Assembly (NCBI GenBank): GCA_039096225.1
Contig: JBBPEB010000006.1
Span: forward strand, 62,001 to 126,000
Direction of reading: 5' to 3'
Source of the DNA: Blastocystis sp. Blastoise
Lineage: Eukaryota > Protista > Bigyra: Opalinata
DNA: 64,000 nt
Below are positions 52,853 through 64,000 of this stretch, piece after piece. Within the stretch, counting starts at the first letter, position 1. Every line of letters begins with the position of its first letter. The position numbers and the translations under genes are program-made. The notes beneath the pieces are model-generated. The model saw only the letters and a list, made by a program, of their open reading frames with translations. It had not been told where the DNA came from and did no database searches.

Positions 52853-53697
52853 ATGTATCGCTCATCCAATAGCTTTGAAGCTCCGTCTGTGAGAGACGTA
52901 GACTTTAATAGATGTATGAAGGGACGTGTTGGATTAGATAATCTTGGTAATACATGTTATATGAATACTGGATTACAAGTATTTATTGAATGAGATATCT
53001 TGATTTGAATATATAATCATAATATTCATATATATATAGTGTTTATCTCACATTCCTGAATTAGTTTATTTGTTTCTCTCTAAAGAATATAAGAATAAAG
53101 TATAATTTGATGTTAGTGATACTTATATGTATTATCTGACTGATTTATAGGTTAATAAGAATAGTAAATTAGGTAGTCATGGTGATATTACAAGTGCTTT
53201 CTATGAATTCTTAAAGAATATGTGGTTTGGTAATGACTCCGTCTATAATCCAAGATCAATGAAAAGTTCTATTGGAAGAGTTTGTGGTCAATTTGCTGGA
53301 TATGGTCAACATGATTGTCAAGAATTAATTGTATATATGTTTATTATGTTTATTCTATTTATTTTATTTATTTTATTTATTTTATTTATTTTATTTATTA
53401 TGTTTATTATGTTTATTATTAATATATATTATATAGATTTGTTTATTAGATGCATTACATGAAGATATGAATCAAGTTATAGAACGAAAGTTTCTGGAAA
53501 TGCCTGAATTTCATACAAGAAATCAGACGGATGCTGACTTTGTCTGGAATCATCATTTAAGTCGAAATATGAGTCCTATTGTTGATATGTTTTATGGCCA
53601 ATTATCTACAGAATTAAGATGCCCTAATTGTGGAAATGTATTTATAGATATTATTATTATGTTTATTATGTTTATTATGTTTATTATGTTTATTATG

Positions 53698-53729
<32 letters not shown>

Positions 53730-56700
53730 GTTTATTATGTTTATTATGTTTATTATGATGATTATGATGATTATTATTATTATAATTATAATTATAATGA
53801 TTATATATAGAATCTATATCCTTTCTAATTCCTATATATATAGATAGTAGTTAATTATGATCCTATATCCTGTATTCCCGTCAGTCTACCTCCTGAAAAA
53901 GCATATATAAACCTGAATATCGTAGATTACTCGAATCCTATCCCTCAGGAACGTAACCAAGTTGTACGGATACAAATATCTGGAGATGACACATCCTGTC
54001 TTATTAATGATATCCTAGAGAAACATCACAATCTTCAACGTAATGAATATCTTCTTATAGTCGGTCAAGAGGGATATCAAGAAGGATCCATTAGTTATCG
54101 TAAGATGCATGATAATGAACCGTTAAGTCCTTTCGACGAATCAAATTGCTCTCAAAATGGAACTTATATTATTGCCTATAAGGTTTATATATATATACTA
54201 TTATCTTCTTATGATTATAATTATAATTATTATTATTATAACAATAATTTCTCATCTCTATTCTTTATATATATATAGTATAATCAAGCAATTCCTTTAG
54301 GAGCAATTCCTGTACTATTACAATATACGGTGATTGTCAAAGCTAAGAATCGATATGGTCTTCATAATTATGATTATAAACCTCTTTCTATCAACTTTCC
54401 GAAAGTATTCTTCGCTTATTCTACAGAAACTATTTTAGAAGTAAAAGAACGTGTGTCGTTAGAATTAACAGAAAAGCAAGGAATTAACCTTCAAGAAATA
54501 GGTCAGCATTTTTATGATGAAGCTCTCTTTATACAACAGGCACAAGAGAAGAAACGAAAGGAACAAGAAGAAAGACATAAATTATATACTTCTTCTTCTT
54601 CAAATCTTCCTTCTACATCATCTTATTCCATATATAAACCTACTTTCTCATCGAATTCATCTTCTATCTCTATCGATACAACAACTCCCACGGTTATCAA
54701 ACAATTACCTACTCCTAAAGCATGTACTTCTAATGATATTACTATTAATAATTCTACTGATATTACTATTAGTAATTCTACTGATATTACTATTAGTAAT
54801 TCTACTGATAATACTATTAATAATTCTACTAATAATACAGGTAGTATTACTACAATGACTCCTATTACTCCTAGAGCAGTTGCTTCTAATGAAAGTGCAT
54901 TATCTGAAGGATATAAATCATTTCTTAATACGAATTATCTTAATTCTTTCTCTTCTCATGGTCCATCGCAAACTAAGGATATCAATGTAGATATATCTAT
55001 TGACGAACATGGACATATTGATAGTATGTTATCAGATCAAATTGAAGGTGATTTCTATAAACATATCAGTAGTAGCAGTAGTGACAGTAGCAGTGATGAT
55101 GATCAATATATAGAGAAGAATGAACAGAATGAACAGAATGAACAGAATAATAATAGTACTAGTCATCCACAAATTGTGGAATCTACTTCTCCTCAAGACA
55201 CAATTGAACACAATTCTCTTACAGTAGAACAATCCAATGATTCGAAGAGTATAGCTGATGATTCTGAGAATAGTATTTCTGATGTTGTTAGATCACCCGT
55301 AGAGATTCAATCAAGCCACGTGTCTAGCGATAATTTATTGGATAACCATGAGGGTCTTCTTGGAGGATCATCTAGTTATGATAAACAAGAAGAAGATAAT
55401 GAAGCTATTAATAATAATAATAATGATAATAATAATAAGAATTATTTACCTAATCCCTTTGATGTGTCTGCTACGAATAAGATGGAAATTGAAGAAGATT
55501 CCCTACCCAACACGGAATGTATGCCTCCTCCTCTTCAACCTGTCTCTAATAATAATAATAATAATAATAATAATGGTGGTGTTCCTATGAATCCTTGTAT
55601 TACTAAAATAGATAATGATGAATTTCCTAATGCAAAGCGTCCTTGTGTTAAAGAAGATGTTTCTGATAAGGAAATACATAGTTCAGAAGAACCCAGTACT
55701 ATTGATTATGCATCTATATGTGATTCTATTCCTATTATTTTCTGTACATCAACGGATGTTAATAATAATGAACAACAAATCGAAAGAGAATTCAAACAAT
55801 TATTAGAAGAAATACTTCATTCTTCTTCTTCTTCTTCTTCTTCTTCTGCTACTGGTAAACTTCCGAATTCAAATGATTCTAAAACTGGTTATTATCATCA
55901 TAATTATAATGATTCGACACGTTTCTCAGATATACCATATAGAGAATCATGTATTCCTTGTTTATACGCTCTTATTGATATTTGTCAAACGGATTATAGT
56001 TATTATGTTACGCCTAAAGAACTTCATAATCAATTATCCCCGTGGTTATATACTCAATATGAAGAGAAAGAGAAGTTGAATATAAAATCGACTGCCGATG
56101 TAGGGTATAAAGAAGATGAAGAAGTCACTCTTGATGATTGTATGCTAAATAGTAATAAAATACGCAAACTAGATAATGATAATCAATGGTATATATATAT
56201 TATTATTATTAACATTCTATTGTTATTCATTATTCTATTTATTTTTATATGTATATGTATATATTATATTTATTATATTTATTATATTTATTATATATAT
56301 TATATTTATTATATATATTATATTTATTATATATATTATATTTATTATATATATTATATATATTGTATTTATTATATATATTATATTTATTATATATATT
56401 ATATTTATTATATATATTCTATTTATTTATTATATTAATTTTTCATTGTTTCTCTCTATATTTTTATTTTATTTTTAGTCTATTTTCTATGAACATAATT
56501 ATATATATATTTCTCTCTCTCAATATCTATATCAATACCTATATATATATATATAGGTATTGCCCTAGTTGTAAGACTCATGTATGTGCTGAATATAATA
56601 CGACTATTTGGCGAATACCAGATATTCTTTGTATTCAATTAAAACGATTTGAATATAGTCGAAGTACTTCTTCTTATTCCTATGGGAATAGTATGTATAG

Positions 56701-57550
56701 ATATGGAGGTCTTTATGGTCAAGATAATAAACGTAAATTAGATACTTTAGTTCATTTCCCTTTAACTGATTTCGATCTATCTCCTTATTTATCTCCCGAA
56801 GTACGTGATTTATATCCAGATACTGTATATGATCTTATAGCTGTAGCGAATCATAGCGGGACTCCTTCTTTTGGACATTATTATTGTTATGCTAAAGATG
56901 AAAATGAAGGTAACTCGAAATGGTATACTTATAATGATAGTAGTTGCCACTTTATGTCTCCTCAATCTGTATGTACAAAAGCTGCCTATGTTCTTATTTA
57001 TAGAAAGAAATCTTGTATGACTACACAAACATTAGTTGAAAAACTAAAATTGAAACAAGACGAAATACGTCAACAAGAATCCACAACTAATCCATCAATT
57101 CCCGCGGTTTCTATGGCTTCTCCACCTTTACAAAATTCAAATCAATTGTTTTTTCCTGATTCATCAGAAGATTCAATACATTTTCGTGAAAATAATGCAT
57201 TTCAACAATTGTTACAATATGGTAATGATGATAAAAGAGAAGATGAAAATAATAATAATGATGATAAAAGAGAAGATGAAAATAATAATAATGATGATAA
57301 AAGAGAAGATGAAAATAATAATAATGATGATGAAAACAATAATAATGAAGATGAAGACAATAATGACAGCTTCTATTCATTGGACAACTCTCCTAATAAT
57401 GCTTATAACCGCGGGGATAATGAATATAGTGATGCCGATTCTTTATACAGTAATTCCCAACGATTGGAGAACGATCAGTATACTGATGATAACAATGATA
57501 ATCACGTTTTTATGGATGACTTTAATAAACAAAATCATCCAATCGTATAA
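52853..57550 (+). CDS. Ubiquitin carboxyl-terminal hydrolase (USP4/11/15-like, peptidase C19) with a long low-complexity insert
   Basis: Cys box GRVGLDNLGNTCYMNTGLQCL, QHDCQEL, DALHEDMN, split zinc-ribbon CPNC/CPSC, PDILCIQLKRF, His box YDLIAVANHSGTPSFGHYYCY, WYTYNDS, AAYVLIY. Confidence 0.93.
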
Positions 57551-58093
57551 GTGAATTCTACTAACGTTTTACCTCTTCTTTTTTTCTTTCTCTATATTAT
57601 ATATCTATATATATATTTTTTTATTTGTCTTTCTTTTCTTTGTTTTTTCTTATATATTATTTCGATATCAGTGTTCTCTTAGAATTCTAGAAAGACTTTT
57701 CGCAATCCTTATTTAGTTGTTTTGTTTCATTTATTTGTTCTATATTACATATATATATCATTTTTTAATAAAGTATGTATAAAATAGTAACATTCATTCA
57801 AACTATAATCATTCAATTAAATATTTTTTTAAAGAGTTCATATTATTCAATATAAATAATAATAGTTTATAGTCTTTTTAATATTGATATACTTAGTGAT
57901 CATAATTCTATATAATTGATGACTCTCTATATTTTTTAATATTAAAATAGTCTTTCTATACCTATTATTTTGAAGTATTATGGTGTATTTATACAGTGAG
58001 TTATAAAGATATCATTTCTTTTTTGTTGTTTTTCGTTGAATTTTGAGAGGGATATTACTAAGAAAAAAAATGAATTAATAAGTGATTTATAAA

Positions 58094-60319
58094 TTAATCT
58101 GTGCATAAATGAATAAATAATAAATATTTTCCTCCTTTCTCTATTGTTTCTTCCGATCGTATTTCAATACATATATCAGTATCCTTAAATACTTGAGACA
58201 ACGGACTGCTGAATATGGATGAAAAGGAATCAGACAAGTTCTATGTATATATATATATATAGTAATAATAAGAATAGTTGCTATTGATAAGTAATATAAA
58301 ATAGATTATTTGAAAAAAAAAATATATAGTTATTATGAAATAATGATGAAAATGAATATATATAGTGGAAATACATCTGCATATATGAGTTGTCCTTTGT
58401 GATAGATTTGTATTTTATGGAGTAATTGGATAGATTGGAAACTAGAATATTAATAATATGAATATATGTATATATATACATATAGTGTTTTGTATGTAAA
58501 TAATTGAGTAAATCATTTAGTTTAAAATGTTCCTTCAGTTGTATATGTGACTATTTATATAATGATTTTTATTAATAGAATAATAAATAGATATATATAG
58601 ATATGTATATATACAGTGATTATATTACATTGATTACAGTTTTGTTTTTTATCTATAGAAATAGATATAGACGTACAACCGTCTTGATGATTACATCTAT
58701 AGAGAGAGTAATAAATATATATATAATACATATAATAAATACTAATATTTTAATACTAATAATAATATAAATATAATAAATATGATAATATATATACAAA
58801 AGAAAGTTATTTAAAATGGGTCCCATTCCAGTTAATAATTTAATAGTCTCCATTACAGTAATACTGGAAATAACACTATTTACAGAGGGAATTGATGGAA
58901 TAATTGTGGTTATTGTGTCCTATATAGAGGTTCTATAGTTTATTATATATTATATATATATCTACAAGAATGAGTTGTGAAGTTATTCCTTCAATATGAT
59001 ACAGAGATGCTCTCTCTTTACTTTTAGTATATATATATTGAAAATGATCAGGATTATGAATATTACAAGGTATATCTATAGATAATAATAATAATAATAA
59101 AGGTGTTTAAGGATATATGTATATTAATCTATATTTAATAACCATAATAATAACTATATATCTATATTAGTATACCATGGAATTCATTCGGAAAAGAGAT
59201 GAGATAGGAGTATAGAATACAATGTACAGGAGTAAGAGGAGTTTGAATAATAGTACAGAGAGGAGTAGAAAGAGAAGAAGATGTATATAGAGATGAGGAA
59301 CAGGATATACATGATGTATACTATTATATATATATATACTAATAGTATTATTATTGTTAATATATTATAATATAGATATTCATATTTATTATAATAAACA
59401 TAATAAAAATAAACATATAAACATAATAAATATCATAAATATCATAAACATAATAAATATTATAAACATAATAAATATTATAAACATAATAAATATCATA
59501 AACATAATAAATATCAAACATAATAAATATCATAAATATAATAAATATTATAAACACTATATATATACTGTAGGAATAACAAGTCGACAACTACTTAAGA
59601 TTCCTTCTGTTCCTGCGTCAATAAAAGGTCGAATAGAGAGAGGATCTAGGATTCCCTTGCGGTTATATTGTAATAAATTAAAGAGAATTGTATTTATATG
59701 TAGACGTGATTCTAGTGTATCTAGGCCACATATAATGATATCAAATTGACTATAAAACAAAGACAGTTTTGATTCTAATTGACAATAATGAGGCGTTATT
59801 ATTACATCAGGAAATCGAAAATGAAGTTTTTTGGCAGCAACAACAGCTTTTGATTGCCCTATGTCTTCTTCACTATAGTTTACTTATAATTAAAAAAGAA
59901 ATATAGATTTTATGAAATGAATCCTATATACGAGAATAGAAATTGACGATTTAAATTAGATAAAGATACTGTATCCATATCTAGAATATCAATGTGCCTA
60001 ATTTCGGATAAACATAATGTTTTCAATATCTATATATAATAAAAATAAACGATAAAAAGCAATGTAAACTCAAAAATATACCTCACATCCAAGACCTCCT
60101 ACTCCAAGAACTAAAATGCGTGCTTGATGTAAATTATTTATATTCTAAATAAGATAAATTGTAGCCGTAAATTATATACATCTTCATTAGGATCGAATAA
60201 GCCAATATTAGATCCAAATTGTGTTTTTTCAATTCCAAATGATGTCGGTAATGAAAGAATCTATAAATAATAAAAATCTACTTATTAAGATTAAAAGTCA
60301 CTTGACGCAAATCTGACAT
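58094..60319 (-). CDS. UBA3: Divergent NEDD8-activating enzyme E1 catalytic subunit (UBA3-like, ThiF family), multi-exon
   Basis: ARILVLGVGGLGCE, DMDTVSLSNLNRQFLF, DIGQSKA, FYSQFDIIICGLDTLESR, PFIDAGTEG, catalytic-Cys region PLCTIIQTPLTPVHCILY, IIPSIPSVNSVIS. Confidence 0.8.
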
Positions 60320-60396
60320 TTAGAAATAAATATATAGATAAATGAAGAGCATAAATAATAAAAATAATATTCTTTTTATAAAAACGAAATTATTTG
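60320..60396. promoter_or_regulatory. Compact bidirectional promoter region
   Basis: Only 77 bp separate the inferred ATGs of the head-to-head UBA3-like (-) and ankyrin (+) genes. Confidence 0.5.
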
Positions 60397-61489
60397 ATGA
60401 CAGAAGTAGGTGTAAAAGGTCACTCATTACATGGATATAGTCGTGAGGGTAATATAGCTGGAATGATTCAGTTACTTAATTCACGAGAGAATGTAAATGC
60501 ACGAGACAAATATCAAAGGTATGCTTATATTCTTGTTCATATCATATATGAAATAGAACACCACTTCATCTAGCTGCTTATGAAGGTAAGTTAGATTCTG
60601 CAAAACTTTTGATTGAATTTCAAGCTAATGTTCATTTGATGGCTCAAGATAATACGAGACCATTACATTTCGCTGTTCAAAAAGGTCATATTGATATGGT
60701 TAAATTATTATTATCTAATGGAGCTGAGAGCGACATTAATGCTCCTATGAAGAATCAGAAGACTTGTGTCCATTTAGCCGCTGAAAAGAATAATGCAGAA
60801 ATGTTAAAGTTATTATTAAATCGAGGTGGAAATCCAAATATGAAAAATAAAAAGAATCAGACTCCTTTCGATGTAACTACGGATGAAGAGTGTAAGAAAC
60901 TACTTACGGAAGCAATTAAACGACATAATCAAGAAAAAAACAAAAAGAAAAATGATAATTTGAAACGTGTATATATGTATAGTTTGTGGTTTTTGTCATA
61001 TATACTGTTTTTATTATGATTATATATATATAATTATAGTTTTCGTTTATATATATACTCTTTTTTATGATGATTATTCATATATATATTATAATAATGA
61101 TTGTATTATATATAGAGATTAGAAGAGAATGATAAAGATGATAAATCAGGTATATATGTATAGAATGAATATTATATATATATATATTCTCTATAGATTC
61201 TAAGAGAATAAAAGTAGAAGAGAATAATGATACTAATTTGAGTATTCCTTCAAAAGAAGAAGAAAATATACATGAAAATACAGCTCAAAAAGATATCATT
61301 CAAACTAAAACAGATGAAACAAACAAACAAGAAACAAGGAATACTGTTTCTGAATCCCCTGAAGTTAGTCAATCAAATAAGACTATTATACCTGTGATAC
61401 AGAAAACGTCAAGTAACTCAAAACAAAAGAAATCCAAACATAATGTTACTCTTTCTATGCTATCTTTTGCTCTTGATGATGATGAATAG
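60397..61489 (+). CDS. Ankyrin-repeat protein with a charged C-terminal tail (multi-exon)
   Basis: VNARDKYQ|RTPLHLAAYEG, TRPLHFAVQKGHIDMVKLLL, TCVHLAAEKNNAEMLKLLL, NQTPFD. Ends ...LSFALDDDE*. Confidence 0.9.
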
Positions 61490-62749
61490 ATTTTTATATA
61501 TAGACATTTATAGTGTATGTATGAATTTATTATTTATGAATTTATTATATATAAATGTATTTATTATATATATGCATTTATTATATATATGTGTATGTAT
61601 TATATACAAAAATACTAAATTCATGAATACACTATTTTTTGTTCTTTTTTTAATATTTTTAAATATCTTATATATATATATATCTAATTATTTTACAACT
61701 TTTGTTGTTGATCATATTTTCACTAATAATAGATTATCTGTTATACATCTATGTATCGGTTGAGATTTGATTATATATATAAATATACGTATATTTTTAA
61801 ATAATATAAATAACAAAAGAAAACGAAGAAAATAAATAATTATCGCTTCTTTTTCCATAACATTAACTAAATTTTAATTTACTACTAAATCCATATACTT
61901 CTCATAAATCTATATACAATACATTAAAATCTAATAATATCTCATTTAATAAACAACATTAATTGAATAAGTGAAAACACCAAGAGAATTCCTAAAAATT
62001 ATAATATCGTCTCTATTACTCATACCTCTACTTGTATAAATACAACATATATTAAAACAATATACATGACAATTAAACTAAAAACAATAAATCCTACAGT
62101 ATTACCACATTCACCTTATTGATCCAAATGTCTTCCTATAAATAATATATGAATTTATAAAAAAATTAATACTTTTAAATGGATTTCACTCCTACTCAAT
62201 ACATTTATAAAAAATGTTCACGTTCCCTATCTAGATGGTTTTTTCTTTCAAAAAAAATATTTTTTTAATAAAAAACCTTCTTAATAAGTAAAATAGACTT
62301 TGTAGAGAAGGTTTAAAAAAGTCTTGGCTATTAACCATCCAAAAAAAAATAAAAATAGAAATTTAATATTTCACGGTAATTTAGAAAATAAACAAATAGA
62401 AAGAATCATTTTAATGGTTATTCAGTTTCTTCTTTTGAGATAAATCAGCCTATACAGTAGAATTGTTAAAAAGTCAGACAATACAGTCGTTTCCAGAGGG
62501 TCCTATGACCCGCGGTATTTTTAACATAATGGCGACTAGAATATAATACAAATATGTTGTAAAATTCCCAGTCAAGAAACTATATGTGTTTTCTACTAAT
62601 AATTAATTTTTGCCATATTCGACCTATTTGTTTAAATTTGACTTAAATGGATAGACGGGATATTGACAGAATAGATAAGGAAGTGGAAAATGAGGATTTT
62701 ACTCAATATGTTCAACACATTCCTTCCGTCACACTATGGACATTTTGTG

Positions 62750-63260
62750 TTTTTTTGACCCTATTTCCCGTAAGAGAAACAACAAAATGACTGGGATTTT
62801 TTAATCAAAAATACGTTGGCCTAAACTCGAGAAAAGAGTGTCCGCCAACTTGTCAAGTTTCTCTCTTTTTGACGAGAAAAACTTAAAAATAACTCTACAA
62901 AATATATTGTTTATTTATATAATCATAGACATTCTAAATATTGACTATTTTACAGTGTTTTATGATTTAAAATGACTGTTTAAAACCAAAAAGACTTTAA
63001 TTTTTTCTCTGAAGTCTATAATTCAGAATGGATTACATGAGTGAGAAGTTTTTAAAATTTGTGTATTCTCTGAGTGATATATTATCATTTCAATCATTCT
63101 CGTCAAGTCCTTTTACAATATAAACCATTATACAGCCTAAATCAACACACACCTAAAAATTTCTTCTTTTTGATTTCCCAAGGAAAAAACAATAAAATGA
63201 CTTGACTTTTTTATTCATAATTTTTTAGCCTAAAGACGACAGCATTCTTTTAGCCAACTA
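62750..63260. repeat. Degenerate ~75-100-bp direct repeat, 2 copies ~410 bp apart
   Basis: aaacaacaaaatgactgggattttttaatcaaaaat...gcctaaa...gccaact (~62777-62849) resembles aaacaataaaatgacttgacttttttattcataat...gcctaaa...gccaact (~63187-63259). Both are preceded by atttccc. Confidence 0.5.
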
Positions 63261-64000
63261 CCCTAGAAAGTCAAAACAATTAAAAATTCAAAAAAGAAAA
63301 GTAAAACAGAAGCTCTTGTTTTTGTTTATTGATTATCGTCAATAAACCTGTTTTTAAAAATATGACTTTAGAATATCATTCAGGACTTGATTTATAGTTC
63401 AGGGTATCGTTTTAAGGTTTAAAATAGCTTTTTTAAGAGAATTCATAATTATGTCCTAAACCAAGAGGAGTTGTGCGTTTTTATCATCTCTGTTGTTAGA
63501 CATACTTATACACAACATACTCAGCTTACAAAATTGTTTTTCTTGCTTGTTGTGATTTTCACTCATTTTTGAATATTTGATTTTTAGTTTCAAAAGTGGT
63601 ATAAAGTGTCTATACATGCCTGTAAGAATCGATTTTAATACTATAAAGTCAAAAATATTAAAAAAAAGTGACAGCGAAAAAAGGAGGGAAAATATACTTT
63701 TTTGAATTTCTTGATATTCCCGCAAAAATGATTTTTCTTTTAAGACCTGAAGACACCCATACGCTATTGAGCCTATTGACTTAGAAAATATTTCATTTGT
63801 TACATATTTTTTTTATTTTTATTCTATTTTTATTTGCCTTTATTTTTAAAAATAGAAGCTCATTTTAACTTCAGACTGTTCCCTTGTATGTATATTGCTA
63901 TTTTTTATTCTTTACCCATATTAACATTCTCCCATTCTCTAGCATGTATAGGTTCCTGCTCGTCCGTGGTTATAAGAGTCCTCTTCAGTCCATGTCAACA

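Noticed and set aside
31047-61489. Apparent ubiquitin-pathway cluster (UEV-kinase, USP, UBA3-like, ankyrin)
   Set aside because: These are common families interspersed with unrelated genes, so chance co-location is sufficient.
1-64000. tRNA/rRNA genes and an alternative genetic code
   Set aside because: No cloverleaf or rRNA-like GC-rich segments were seen. Conserved genes translate cleanly with the standard code once introns are removed.

Overview
Very AT-rich (~80% A+T by eye), intron-dense eukaryotic DNA. The large secreted proteins with putative-Ig, galactose-binding-like and HRM-like modules, plus the short introns, suggest a Blastocystis-like gut stramenopile (inference only). Most short ORFs in the supplied track (YIYIYI, poly-I/L/Y) are artefacts of microsatellite introns. 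I can support 11 spliced genes: a CCCH-WD40 protein, a GT77-like glycosyltransferase, a fibro-slime/PA14 plus Ig/filamin-like secreted protein, a stand-alone tyrosine recombinase, two large surface proteins, a UEV-like/kinase fusion, a GRIP-domain golgin with about 70 exons, arginyl-tRNA synthetase, a USP deubiquitinase, and a UBA3-like E1. A twelfth, an ankyrin-repeat gene, is head-to-head with the E1. Two things stand out. (1) An intact, intron-containing Crypton-like tyrosine recombinase is bracketed by ~35-bp inverted repeats. It adjoins a ~134-bp bulged hairpin with a CCC-GAA-GGG apex, about 300 bp upstream of a large surface-protein gene. (2) The golgin gene is built from phase-0, mostly 42-nt (two-heptad) micro-exons separated by introns, several of which are pure G(TA)nG with no polypyrimidine tract or canonical branch point. 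Gene boundaries were assembled by hand, and internal exon structures are only partly resolved.
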